Part shown: positions 18,573 through 27,567 of the stretch, piece by piece | Layout of the letters: each line of letters begins with the position of its first letter | How positions within the stretch are numbered: the first letter of the stretch is position 1 | NCBI GenBank assembly: GCA_938045545.1 | Contig: CALIBN010000002.1 | Location: forward strand, 100,493-164,492 | Length of the DNA: 64,000 bases | Direction of reading: 5' to 3' | DNA from: an uncultured archaeon | Lineage (GTDB): Archaea; Thermoproteota; EX4484-205; JAAOZP01 | The notes under the pieces: generated by a model | Database searches by the model: none | Told to the model about the DNA's origin: nothing | The model's input: only the letters and a program-made list of their open reading frames with translations | Translations under genes and position numbers: made by a program

Positions 18573-21131
18573 CTATGCTAGAACGTCATACTCCTCCGTG
18601 GCTGGAGGATGCTGCGGCCTACGCCTCCTTATCCAGAGCAGCGATACTGAAACAGCCAAGACGACGGCGAAGCTTATGACCACAAGGATCAAGTACAGGT
18701 TGCTCACTTTGAAGAAAGCCTCTTTAACACCAGTATTGCCGTAAGGATCAGTGGCGTTGATCACCACCCTGTACTCTCCAACCGGATTAGTGACTGGAAG
18801 ATAATAGTCTCCAACCCACTTGCCACCCTGGTATCTGAGACTTATGACGCTCTTCAGGGTGGCGGAGGAAACCTCCGCGGTCACATCCCCGTCTTCAAGC
18901 GTTGAAGAATCCGGGTATTTAACGACGGTTCTTAAAGAAACCGTTTCAAACCCGGCTTGATAACTCTCCTTCAAATCCTCCATTTCAAAGCTTAGAACAG
19001 CCCTAGTTATTTCAACGGGAACCGTGTAGAAACCGTAGTTTTCAAAAGAGTCTTTAACAGTGACGTTCAACACGTACTGTCCTATTGGAGCATCCCTCGG
19101 AGCACTGATGTTTCCAACCCAAGCTCCGGCTGAGAACCTCAGCTGCGCGAGAGCCTGCGCAACACCATTATGAACCAGCTTAGCATCCACGAAGGCCCCT
19201 TTATCCCGAGAAACGTTCTCCAGCGTAAGAACCTCCTTAGAAGGATACTTCACCACCACGTTGACAGGTATTTTCTGGGTCCTGGAGAAAGTGCTTTCAA
19301 GCGGGTTTAATAGCTGTATGCTTAACCTAGCTGGAACAATCCTTATTTCCCGCGAGAAATCCCCACTGTTCCCCACACCGTCTACTGCCGTTATCCTGAG
19401 AACCCATTCCCCGGTTTCCTCGCGCGCCTGAATCTTCCAGGATATACTCCACTCCCCCAAGCCGATCTTGTCAAAGTTAAACGGGCCCTTTCTATACTGG
19501 TCCTTAATGAGTTCAAGAGTCACGCTTCCGGATGGCAGGAGTGTCCCATCAGGGTATGCGACGCTAACCGAAACGTTTAGCCTAACAGACCTCTCATAAG
19601 TCTCGTTAAGCTGGTTTTTTAAAGTAATCCTCAGCTTAGCAGCGGTGAGAGTAAAAGTCCTGTTTCCTGAGCCAGCGTTACCATACTGGTCTGAAGCCTC
19701 CACCTTGACCACATAGCTCCCCAACGGGTCTGACGGAACCGTCTTAATAATCTTAAACCAGTAGCCGTCATGCGTGTAATCCATGAATATTTCCCTGCCT
19801 TCAACCCCGCCGTAGACCAGTTTCAGCCTTACAACCCCGTTCCAAGGCAGGCTTGAACCATCCTTGTATTTAACCCGAACAGTCACGTTTATCGGTTTAA
19901 CCCTTTCATAAGTCGTGGCGTCTAAGACTACAGTCACGTTTAAAACTGCCTTAACCAAGGTGACTTGCAGAGCATCCGTAACCACCCTCATGTTTTTAAA
20001 GTCCAACGCATCGTCGCACTCTATGAAGGCTGAAAGAACGCCGAGCTGAATATCCACGGGAACAGTTATCTGCTTGCTTACCTCACCCTTAGAATCCGTC
20101 TCTAGCCTCTGGCTGAAAACCACGTGCGTCGAGTTTTTCAAGTAGAGCGTAGCAGACCCGCTGCGCATCAGCCCACCCGCCTTAACTAGGATTATCGACT
20201 TCCGCTCCCAGACTCGCGGAGCATCCCAAACGCCGAAGTGATACTCGGTGACGCAGCCACTCGTGTTAACCCGCACGGTGTAGGTTCCTGGGGAAGGGTT
20301 TGCAAGGCTAATCGTGCGGGAGAAACTCCCAGTAGTGTTGGCGGTTAAATGCTCAGCGCTTAGAAGAGAACCGTTCGGATGGAGTATCTTCAGATTAAAG
20401 GAGGATGTGGGAAACTGGTATCCACTAATCTTCACCTGGACATTGCTGGAAGAAGTGTAGACGGGCTTATCCGTGAGGATTATCGGGGAGAGGAGCATGG
20501 AGAACTCGTCGAAAAACGTTTTCACAACTTCCTGAGGCGGGTCGACAACGCCGAGGGAGAAGTTCACCTGCTTCACGAGAAAAAGTTTAACACCGGTCGC
20601 AATGGAGATTGTTTGACTCCCATTATAGAGTATTGTTAAAGCATCTGACGAAGCATCCACCCATATGGTTAAATTATACCATTTCCCGGTTGAGAAAGTT
20701 ACACCATCATTCCTCCTATCAAGCCTGAAGACCACCAGCTTCAGATCGTCGACAAAACCAAGCTTAATCTCATAAGTTGAAGAATCAGTAAGCACAAGGA
20801 TTATTTTGGAGAAGTTGAAGCTTGTACCATTGTTTATCTTCAGGATAAAACTCGTTTTAAAAGAACCCTTAGCATCAAATACACGTTGTATGTAAGCACG
20901 GCCCCCAGACAATACGCTTATGTTTAAGCATGGTCCCCGGAAGCCGTCAGGAGAAAAAGAGTATGCTCCTGAGCTTGTGAAGGAGCCCGAGGGAGATATG
21001 TTTAGATTATTGGCGAAGGAAGCGTTGTAAGCGGGTATGAAGCACCCTTCAGCCTCAACCATGACAGGCATTATTAGGATTGTTAAGAGGAGTAGTGTTG
21101 CAGCAAGTATTACCGCAGTATCCTTCAGCAT
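18573..21131 (-). CDS. Large cell-surface protein: signal peptide, lectin/LamG-like beta domain, tandem Ig-like repeats, C-terminal TM anchor
   Basis: Repeats of about 100 aa (YER..V.V.V.YPDG...W...G.Y.V.V.A.D.YGN.G); many NxS/T sequons; hydrophobic helix followed by RRRR. Confidence 0.8.
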   Translation of the reverse strand: MLKDTAVILAATLLLLTILIMPVMVEAEGCFIPAYNASFANNLNISPSGSFTSSGAYSFSPDGFRGPCLNISVLSGGRAYIQRVFDAKGSFKTSFILKINNGTSFNFSKIILVLTDSSTYEIKLGFVDDLKLVVFRLDRRNDGVTFSTGKWYNLTIWVDASSDALTILYNGSQTISIATGVKLFLVKQVNFSLGVVDPPQEVVKTFFDEFSMLLSPIILTDKPVYTSSSNVQVKISGYQFPTSSFNLKILHPNGSLLSAEHLTANTTGSFSRTISLANPSPGTYTVRVNTSGCVTEYHFGVWDAPRVWERKSIILVKAGGLMRSGSATLYLKNSTHVVFSQRLETDSKGEVSKQITVPVDIQLGVLSAFIECDDALDFKNMRVVTDALQVTLVKAVLNVTVVLDATTYERVKPINVTVRVKYKDGSSLPWNGVVRLKLVYGGVEGREIFMDYTHDGYWFKIIKTVPSDPLGSYVVKVEASDQYGNAGSGNRTFTLTAAKLRITLKNQLNETYERSVRLNVSVSVAYPDGTLLPSGSVTLELIKDQYRKGPFNFDKIGLGEWSISWKIQAREETGEWVLRITAVDGVGNSGDFSREIRIVPARLSIQLLNPLESTFSRTQKIPVNVVVKYPSKEVLTLENVSRDKGAFVDAKLVHNGVAQALAQLRFSAGAWVGNISAPRDAPIGQYVLNVTVKDSFENYGFYTVPVEITRAVLSFEMEDLKESYQAGFETVSLRTVVKYPDSSTLEDGDVTAEVSSATLKSVISLRYQGGKWVGDYYLPVTNPVGEYRVVINATDPYGNTGVKEAFFKVSNLYLILVVISFAVVLAVSVSLLWIRRRRPQHPPATEEYDVLA

Positions 21132-21221
21132 CTGTGATGCTTCTTAGCCAAGCGTTTTAAAGGTTTTGTTAGGTTTGTATCAAAATAAAATAGTCGGTTT
21201 CTGGTGTAGGCTTAACCGAAT

Positions 21222-21833
21222 CTACTGCTGCCTGAAAAGCCGTCTAATTCTAGCCAGCACCTTCCTTATCCATCCTGTTTTTTCAACCTTCAACTCGCCC
21301 TTCAAAACCATTTCTAAAACCCTTCTGTAGGCATCCGGGTTCCTAGAAGCCAGGAGTAACAGCGCCTCCTCGCTCAACCTTGAGCCCTTAGGCGGGGTGA
21401 AACCGTTCTCCATGTTTTTTAAAGGCTCCTTCTCGCTTTTTCTAAAGCCAATGATGTTTAAGACTAGGAGTATTAACCCTGCTGTGAAAAAAACTATGCT
21501 CTGCAAGCATGTTGCCCGATGTTTTTGAGAAAAACCACCAGTATCCTCAATAATTGCTCCACCCGGGGACGAGCCTGAAAACCTCGCATCGTATTCAACA
21601 AGCAGAGTGGAATCCTGAGCCGAAGTGTTAAAAGATTCAGGCCTGAAAACCGTTAAAGACACGTTGTTAGTCAAGCATAGTTCAACAAGCGTCCCGTTGC
21701 AGAGGAAAGCTGTTACACGCATTGAAACATGAGTCTCGTTTCCCCAAACCGTTGTCGAAGGGTTTGCACACGTGTTAAGGCAAGTATTGAAAAGCATGGT
21801 CAAGAGGAATGTTAAGCATGTTTTTACGCGCAT
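21222..21833 (-). CDS. Hypothetical single-pass membrane protein
   Basis: Signal-like N-terminus (MRVKT...), one TM helix, basic cytoplasmic tail; TATA-like sequence upstream of 21833. Confidence 0.6.
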   Translation of the reverse strand: MRVKTCLTFLLTMLFNTCLNTCANPSTTVWGNETHVSMRVTAFLCNGTLVELCLTNNVSLTVFRPESFNTSAQDSTLLVEYDARFSGSSPGGAIIEDTGGFSQKHRATCLQSIVFFTAGLILLVLNIIGFRKSEKEPLKNMENGFTPPKGSRLSEEALLLLASRNPDAYRRVLEMVLKGELKVEKTGWIRKVLARIRRLFRQQ

Positions 21834-21885
21834 CGTCAACTCTATCTTTAAACTTAAAGAATGCTGATAAGCTCCCATGCGTCAT

Positions 21886-21948
21886 GGCATCAATCCGCCC
21901 ATCTTATCCTCATCCCTAATCAGATTTTTGAGGCGGTTTTCATCTGCC
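21886..21948 (-). ncRNA. Box C/D guide sRNA candidate (predicted target 16S rRNA C1402, E. coli numbering)
   Basis: GGC-AGAUGA(C)-guide-CUGA(D')-UUAG-GGAUGA(C')-GGAUAAGAUGGGCGGA-UUGA(D)-UGCC; terminal GGCA/UGCC stem; TATA-like CTTAAATA about 25 nt upstream. Confidence 0.6.
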
Positions 21949-21980
21949 GGAGAATCCTATGGAGAGAAAGTATTTAAGCA

Positions 21981-22451
21981 TTAAGCATGCGACGGCTCTG
22001 AACCTGTCAGCTCTAAAATCTGCCGCGAGATATTCCTCCAGTGAGAACCTCTCCAGTATAACTTGCCACACGACTTGCACCTCCAGATCAAATCCACGTT
22101 TTTAGGCGCCTCAGGATTTTTCTCAGCCTCTTCAGGAGGCAAGGGCTCAAGCTCACCGTTGCAAACCGTGCATCTTAAAGAACCTTCCTGGAAAAACAGC
22201 TTAAACCTCTCCACCAGGAGCCTTAACACCTCCTCCTCCGTTAAACCCTTAGTTAAAACCACTTCAACACCCTTTCTCTCAGCTATTTTCGCGAGCTCCT
22301 CGTCTGAAGTCACGAGTACGCGAACGCCTAAAGCCAGTTGAACAATATCCTCATCATTAACACTATTCAGGTACAGTGTGTCATAGCCCATTATCCTAAG
22401 CCATTTGGCAACGTAGCCATGCATACTGTCAACCAGAAACCTAGGGTCCAA
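21981..22451 (-). CDS. Mut7-C RNase domain protein (PIN fold plus Zn ribbon, DUF82)
   Basis: FLVDSMHGxVAKWLRIMGYD, RCxxCNG and CxxCGKLYWRGSH motifs. Confidence 0.9.
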   Translation of the reverse strand: MDPRFLVDSMHGYVAKWLRIMGYDTLYLNSVNDEDIVQLALGVRVLVTSDEELAKIAERKGVEVVLTKGLTEEEVLRLLVERFKLFFQEGSLRCTVCNGELEPLPPEEAEKNPEAPKNVDLIWRCKSCGKLYWRGSHWRNISRQILELTGSEPSHA

Positions 22452-23334
22452 TCCTAACGGCCTTTAGAAAATCCATTTCCGTTAAAAAGCCTTCCAGAGA
22501 GCCGGATTTAACCACTAGGGCTGAGCCGTAACTGCTCCTCTTGACTATTTCCCAAGCCTCAGTTACCCTGGCCTGGGGATCCAGAATAGGAGGATCCCTA
22601 ACGGTGAAGTCGACAACGCTTAGCGACATAAACTCTCCCAGCGTCTCACCAGCATGCTTGAAGAACTCCCGGCCACCGAGGAACCTGACTATTGAGCGGG
22701 ATGAGAATAACCCTACTGGCTTAGACTTCTCTAAGCATGGTAAACGCCTGTGTCCAGAGCTGACCATGGTTTCAACACCTTCCCTCAGACTCCTGTCTAT
22801 TGAGATGCAAACCGGAGACTTAGACATGTAGTCTTCGACGAACCCGTTTTCCAGAGAATAGTTAAACCTCTCAAGCACGTCCCGAACTGTCAAAACAGCC
22901 TTGAGCCGGTTGCTCTTGTCCACTACTGCAAGACTGTTGACACCGTTCTTCTTCATTAAAACTATTGACTCCAACATGTTTTCAGACAGGCCTATGCTTA
23001 CCACGTCTTTACGCATGAGCCTAGCCACAGGCGTCGACATTATGTCCATAACAGGCGTTCCAGGAGATTCTCTAGACTTCCAGAGCAGGTGTTTAACCAC
23101 CTCCATCGGGGTCACGATCCCCTCGAGAAGACCGCTCGCCGTAGCCACGAAAACTCTTCTAAAGCCTCTTGCAACCATTGTTTCAAGAAGCCGTGACAAT
23201 GGAGTGGTCTTGGTTACCGAGAGCGGCGGGGAAGTAGCATAGTACAGTACTGTTGAAGGTGAAGAGTACGACCGAACCCTCTTTCGAGGGCGGTCCTTCA
23301 TGTATCTTAATCCTTTCTCCCTATCCCTGCTCAA
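22441..23334 (-). CDS. CBS domain protein (four CBS repeats)
   Basis: Repeated M..V.....M......L.VV....L.GI.T..D units. Confidence 0.85.
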   Translation of the reverse strand: MSRDREKGLRYMKDRPRKRVRSYSSPSTVLYYATSPPLSVTKTTPLSRLLETMVARGFRRVFVATASGLLEGIVTPMEVVKHLLWKSRESPGTPVMDIMSTPVARLMRKDVVSIGLSENMLESIVLMKKNGVNSLAVVDKSNRLKAVLTVRDVLERFNYSLENGFVEDYMSKSPVCISIDRSLREGVETMVSSGHRRLPCLEKSKPVGLFSSRSIVRFLGGREFFKHAGETLGEFMSLSVVDFTVRDPPILDPQARVTEAWEIVKRSSYGSALVVKSGSLEGFLTEMDFLKAVRIGP

Positions 23335-23336
23335 CT

Positions 23337-23906
23337 CTAATCTTCAGAGGCGATTTTAAGGTCGGCCATGCAGTCTTCGCATAGAAGCCTTCCTTCGACG
23401 ATGCTTAGAGAGTCGGACCACATGCCGCACTCCTCGCAGAATCCTTCGTAAAACTCTTTCCTTATTACGCTTCTTGAACGCTCCATGGCTGTTTTTTCAA
23501 TCAGCTCGTATATTGCAGGTATAGCGTAGACCAGGTCTCTCTCAGAGACTATTCCCACAAGCCGCCCTCCCCTCTCGACGCCGAGCTTCTTAATTTTGCT
23601 CCTCCTCATCTTGTCGAGAGCCTCTACAATACTGCTGTCGCTGCTAATCTTCTTCAACGGGTTAGACATGACTTCCCTCACTTTCACAAGCCGAGGATCC
23701 TTGGATTTGGCGACAACCTTCTCTATAACATCCCTCTCAGTAATTATTCCAATATCCTTCCCCTCATCGTCAACAACGATTAGCGAGCTTATATCGTGCT
23801 GAACCATTTGGAGAACAGCTGTGTGAACAGACTCCCCTGGGCTTATCGATATCACCGGATAACTCATAACCTCGTCCACGGTTAATGCCTTCCTGCTCGG
23901 CTTCAA
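23337..23906 (-). CDS. CBS pair protein with C-terminal Zn ribbon
   Basis: Two CBS repeats (GIITERD, GIVSERD) followed by CEECG...LLCEDC. Confidence 0.88.
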   Translation of the reverse strand: MKPSRKALTVDEVMSYPVISISPGESVHTAVLQMVQHDISSLIVVDDEGKDIGIITERDVIEKVVAKSKDPRLVKVREVMSNPLKKISSDSSIVEALDKMRRSKIKKLGVERGGRLVGIVSERDLVYAIPAIYELIEKTAMERSRSVIRKEFYEGFCEECGMWSDSLSIVEGRLLCEDCMADLKIASED

Positions 23907-24004
23907 CCCCCTCCCCTTTTTGGCTAACTATTCTCTCCAAGAGTATTTAAACTAATAGGGGTTAAATTTATCTAGAGGGACTGCGGAGAATTACCGTCTT
24001 AAAA

Positions 24005-24313
24005 ATGGGCGGGTCTAAGAAGCTTCGCTTAAGCCAGCTGGAGAAGAGGCAGAAGGAGGAGAGTAAGAAGGAGAAGGCTGAACGCCTAAAAAGCGAGAAA
24101 AAGGTTGGCGAAATTCTCCGCGATGAGGACGATAAGATACTCGAGAAGCTTAAGAACGTTAAGATTTTAACACCATATGTTGTCTTCAGCCAAACAGGCT
24201 TGAAAATGGGGGAAGCCAAGAGGCTTCTGAAAAGATTGGAGGAAAGAGGATTAGTGAAGAGGGTTGCTGGCAATAGCAGCGTTCCCATTTATGCTTTTCC
24301 GCAAGCTGCTTAA
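24005..24313 (+). CDS. rps25e: 30S ribosomal protein S25e
   Basis: MGGSKK basic N-terminus; KILTPY...AKRLLKRLEERGLVK...IY winged helix. Confidence 0.88.
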   Translation: MGGSKKLRLSQLEKRQKEESKKEKAERLKSEKKVGEILRDEDDKILEKLKNVKILTPYVVFSQTGLKMGEAKRLLKRLEERGLVKRVAGNSSVPIYAFPQAA

Positions 24314-24684
24314 ACACGGGAAACAGAAACAACCTCCCCCTCTCTAAGGTTTTTCAAAGGATCTATCGGAGTCAATAGTCTTCCGATAAGAGTCACGTTT
24401 AGAAACCTGCAGTCGGGCGAGTCGGATGTGAAGAAAACCAGCCCCTGGAAGCGGGGAGAATAACCCACATCTCCCTGAGATGCCTCTGAAAGAGTCTTTT
24501 CAACCCCGATTTTCAAACCCATGGTTAAGTACAGGTAAGTGTCCCCCTTCCCCACGACACCTATCTTCGGCAGGGAGCCGCCTAGGGCTGAGAAAACCCT
24601 CGGCGAGAAGCCTCGTTTAACACTAAACCTGCAGACGTCGCTTTCACCCGAAACTATTTTTAGCTCGAGCACATCCATCGACAT
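24310..24684 (-). CDS. Cyclophilin-like fold protein (TM1367/DUF369-like)
   Basis: SPRVFxAL..LP, GDVGYSPRFQGLVFF and VTLIGR motifs. Confidence 0.65.
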   Translation of the reverse strand: MSMDVLELKIVSGESDVCRFSVKRGFSPRVFSALGGSLPKIGVVGKGDTYLYLTMGLKIGVEKTLSEASQGDVGYSPRFQGLVFFTSDSPDCRFLNVTLIGRLLTPIDPLKNLREGEVVSVSRV

Positions 24685-24729
24685 AAAAGTTTAACAGAAA
24701 CCCTTTGCAGGATATTAATAAGGCTTAGG

Positions 24730-24960
24730 GTGGTTGGATTGTTCATACTCATAGGGCCCCCGGACTCTGAGGAAAGGCTGAAACGTTTGGAGAAGGAGAA
24801 GGAAAGGCTTGAAAAAGAGTATGAGGATCTTCAGAAAAAATTTGAAGAGGGGAGGATAAGCAAGGAGGAGTATGAGAAGAAGAAGCACGATATTGAGAGA
24901 GAGTTCGTGGAGGTTATGGACAGGATAGTCCAGTACAAGGCTTTTTCAAGCGGCTTTTAG
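24730..24960 (+). CDS. Small coiled-coil protein (SHOCT/CdvA-half-like)
   Basis: Charged heptads; LQKKFEEGRISKEEYEKKK motif. Confidence 0.6.
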   Translation: MVGLFILIGPPDSEERLKRLEKEKERLEKEYEDLQKKFEEGRISKEEYEKKKHDIEREFVEVMDRIVQYKAFSSGF

Positions 24961-25120
24961 GTTTCAGGAGCATTTCTAATGCATAATTGCTGGCGGGTTC
25001 TGCGCAGGCCGTGTTAAGCAAACTTACAACTACTGATTGAGGAACACCGTCCAAATGGCTTGTTTCAACCGATTCTAGTTTAGAAAGGCTTAAAAATGGG
25101 TTTTCTCGAGGTAGAATGCG

Positions 25121-26752
25121 GTGAGTAAAATGAGCTCCTCGCAAGTAAAGGTTATTCCCTCGATAATTCTTAAAGAGGGAAGCAGGAGGAGCTTTGAAAA
25201 GGAGGCTCAGCTTTACAATCTTCTGGCATCAGAAGTGATCTTCGAAACCGTCAGGTCAGCCCTAGGCCCATTAGGCTACAGGAAAATCCTCGTGGATACG
25301 TTCGGCGACACTACAATAACCGGTGACGGGGCGACGATAATGAGCGAGCTGGAGGTTGAGCATCCTGCTGCAAAGCTGATTGTAGACGCGGCAAAGTCTC
25401 AGAACAAGGAGGTCGGCGACGGGGTTACAAGTCTAGTGGTGTTAACCCATTTAATGTTTAAGGAAGCCGATTCCCTGATGAATATGGGGATACATCCCTC
25501 GATAATAATCGACGCGTATACCGAGGGGGTTAGGAGGGGTCTGGACGCTTTGAAGAGCGAGCTTGCCATCAGGATCGACCCGAGAGACCCTGATGTTTTA
25601 AGGAAAACAGTATTGTCCACAATACCCTTATCGCTAAACATGGCAGTAAGGGAGAGGCTTGCCGACATATCTGTTGAAGCAGCTAAAAGAATAATTGAGA
25701 AAGGGGTTGAGAACACTAGCGTTTTCGACGAGTTCTTGAAAACCGAGAAGAAAAGTGGCGGATCGATTCTGGATACTCAGCTGATCGAGGGAGTTGCACT
25801 CGACAAGGAGATTGTGCATCCCGACATGCCTAAAAGGGTTGAGAACGCGAGAATAGCCCTTCTAGACATGCCGATTGAAGTTAAGAAGACTGAGACGGAC
25901 GAGAGGCTGAAATTCAGCGACGCCAGGATGATCAGGGAATTCCTCAAGACGGAGCAGAAAATGATGAGCGACATAGTTAACAGGCTTTCAGAGTTGAAAG
26001 TCAACGTGGTTTTCGTCCAGAAAGGCATAGACGACTATGCCCAATATCTTTTGGTGAAGAAGGGGATAATGGGCCTGAGGAGGGTTAAGAAATCAGACAT
26101 GGAGAAGCTTGCACTCGCCACCGGGGCGAAAATCGTGAGTGTCTTGGAAGACTTGACTGAGGATAAGCTTGGTTTCGCGGGCATTGTGGAGGAGCGGAAA
26201 ACAGGCGGAGAAAAATGGACGTTCGTCGAGAAGGTTCCGAACAAAGCGGTTCACACCATCCTGGTGAGGGGGGAGAACGATAAGATTGCCGATGAGGCGG
26301 AGAGGATTGTTAAGAACTGTATCGCTGTTCAGAGGACGCTTGTCGAGGAGCCCTACGTTCTACCGGGTGGCGGAGCTGCCGAGGTCTTCCTCTCGCGTAA
26401 ACTCGCGGAGATGGCTAAGGGAGGAAAGGAGGGCATTGTGCTCGAATCATTAAGCAGAGTGTTCGACTCATATGTGAAGCAGATCGTAGCTAATTCAGGC
26501 GGGGATCCAGACGAGGTTTTAACCGAGCTTAAGGCGAGGCATGCTAAAGGAGAGAGGACAGCAGGCTTCGACGCTTTCAGCGGAGGAATCACGAATACTA
26601 TTGAAAAAGGCATGTTCGACTCCTACAGGGTTAAGAAAACGGTGTACCTGGCTGCCCTTGAAACAGCCACAATCCTTCTAAGGGTTGACGACGTAATCAT
26701 GGCGGCAAAAATGAAGCCTCCAAAGGGGAGGGAAGGCGGGGCGGAAGAGTAG
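25121..26752 (+). CDS. ths: Group II chaperonin (thermosome) subunit, divergent
   Basis: LGPxG, DGATI, HPAAK, EVGDG, HPDMPK, QKGIDD, GGGA and ILLRVDDVI motifs; GDGTTT and the catalytic Asp are altered. Confidence 0.93.
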   Translation: MSKMSSSQVKVIPSIILKEGSRRSFEKEAQLYNLLASEVIFETVRSALGPLGYRKILVDTFGDTTITGDGATIMSELEVEHPAAKLIVDAAKSQNKEVGDGVTSLVVLTHLMFKEADSLMNMGIHPSIIIDAYTEGVRRGLDALKSELAIRIDPRDPDVLRKTVLSTIPLSLNMAVRERLADISVEAAKRIIEKGVENTSVFDEFLKTEKKSGGSILDTQLIEGVALDKEIVHPDMPKRVENARIALLDMPIEVKKTETDERLKFSDARMIREFLKTEQKMMSDIVNRLSELKVNVVFVQKGIDDYAQYLLVKKGIMGLRRVKKSDMEKLALATGAKIVSVLEDLTEDKLGFAGIVEERKTGGEKWTFVEKVPNKAVHTILVRGENDKIADEAERIVKNCIAVQRTLVEEPYVLPGGGAAEVFLSRKLAEMAKGGKEGIVLESLSRVFDSYVKQIVANSGGDPDEVLTELKARHAKGERTAGFDAFSGGITNTIEKGMFDSYRVKKTVYLAALETATILLRVDDVIMAAKMKPPKGREGGAEE

Positions 26753-26785
26753 AATGAAAATCGCTATGGAAGCTGAAGCTAAACA

Positions 26786-27067
26786 TTGAGCGTCTCCTCT
26801 TTAAAAAACAGTATTGAGAAGAGAATAGAGGTCTCCAAAAAAAGGCTGACGAAGTTTGAGAAGACGAGAATAATAGGTTTAAGAGCTCTTGAACTATCAT
26901 TGGGCGCTCCCCCTTTGATACCTGTTGAGCAAAGCAGTAGGCTGAGCGCTATCGAAATAGCGGCGCAAGAGGTTGAGAAAAAGATCCTCCCGCTGATAAT
27001 CGGCAGAAGGATGCCTGACGGAAGCTACGTTTACGTCCCGTTGAGCGACTTAGAAGTAGAGGATTAA
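26786..27067 (+). CDS. rpoK: DNA-directed RNA polymerase subunit Rpo6 (K)
   Basis: LTKFEKTRIIGLRALELSLGAP...IAAQE...LPLIIGRRMPDG. Confidence 0.95.
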   Translation: MSVSSLKNSIEKRIEVSKKRLTKFEKTRIIGLRALELSLGAPPLIPVEQSSRLSAIEIAAQEVEKKILPLIIGRRMPDGSYVYVPLSDLEVED

Positions 27068-27207
27068 ACCACATATTAGGCCGCCAGATACTTTTTAAAG
27101 TTGGGACCCGCGCCGAGCCCTATTAAGACCCTATACTGGCGGGCAGAAAGATTTTTATTCCGGCTACCCAACCCTCCCTACGCAAGGAGGAGGTGTAAGA
27201 GTAAACC

Positions 27208-27504
27208 ATGTGCACACAGACCACTGGACCGTCTCCTAACGTAGTGCTCGTAGGCAAGAAGCCAGCGTTAGTATACGCGGTTGCTGCGTTAATGCAGCTG
27301 ACGTCTGAGCAGAGCGAGGTCACTCTTAAGGCGAGAGGGAGAGCAATATCGAAGGCTGTTGACGTCGTGGAGATCCTTAAGAGAAGGTTCCTAGGAAACC
27401 AGATGGTTCTGAAAAACGTTCAGATAGGCACCGAGACATTCCAGACGCCTGACAACAGGCAGAGGTTCATCTCGACTATAGAGATAACTGTTTCAAAGGC
27501 TTAA
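27208..27504 (+). CDS. albA: Chromatin/RNA-binding protein Alba
   Basis: VGKKP, KARGRAISKAVDV and STIEI motifs; GGAGGTG Shine-Dalgarno upstream. Confidence 0.96.
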   Translation: MCTQTTGPSPNVVLVGKKPALVYAVAALMQLTSEQSEVTLKARGRAISKAVDVVEILKRRFLGNQMVLKNVQIGTETFQTPDNRQRFISTIEITVSKA

Positions 27505-27567
27505 AGGAAAGCAACCCAGCATAACCATCATCTTTGTTTTTTAATGTCCCCATTCTTAGTCCTTCAG

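Noticed and set aside
18544-18585. Hammerhead ribozyme (CUGAGGA core)
   Set aside because: No correctly placed stem II, GAAA or cleavage triplet
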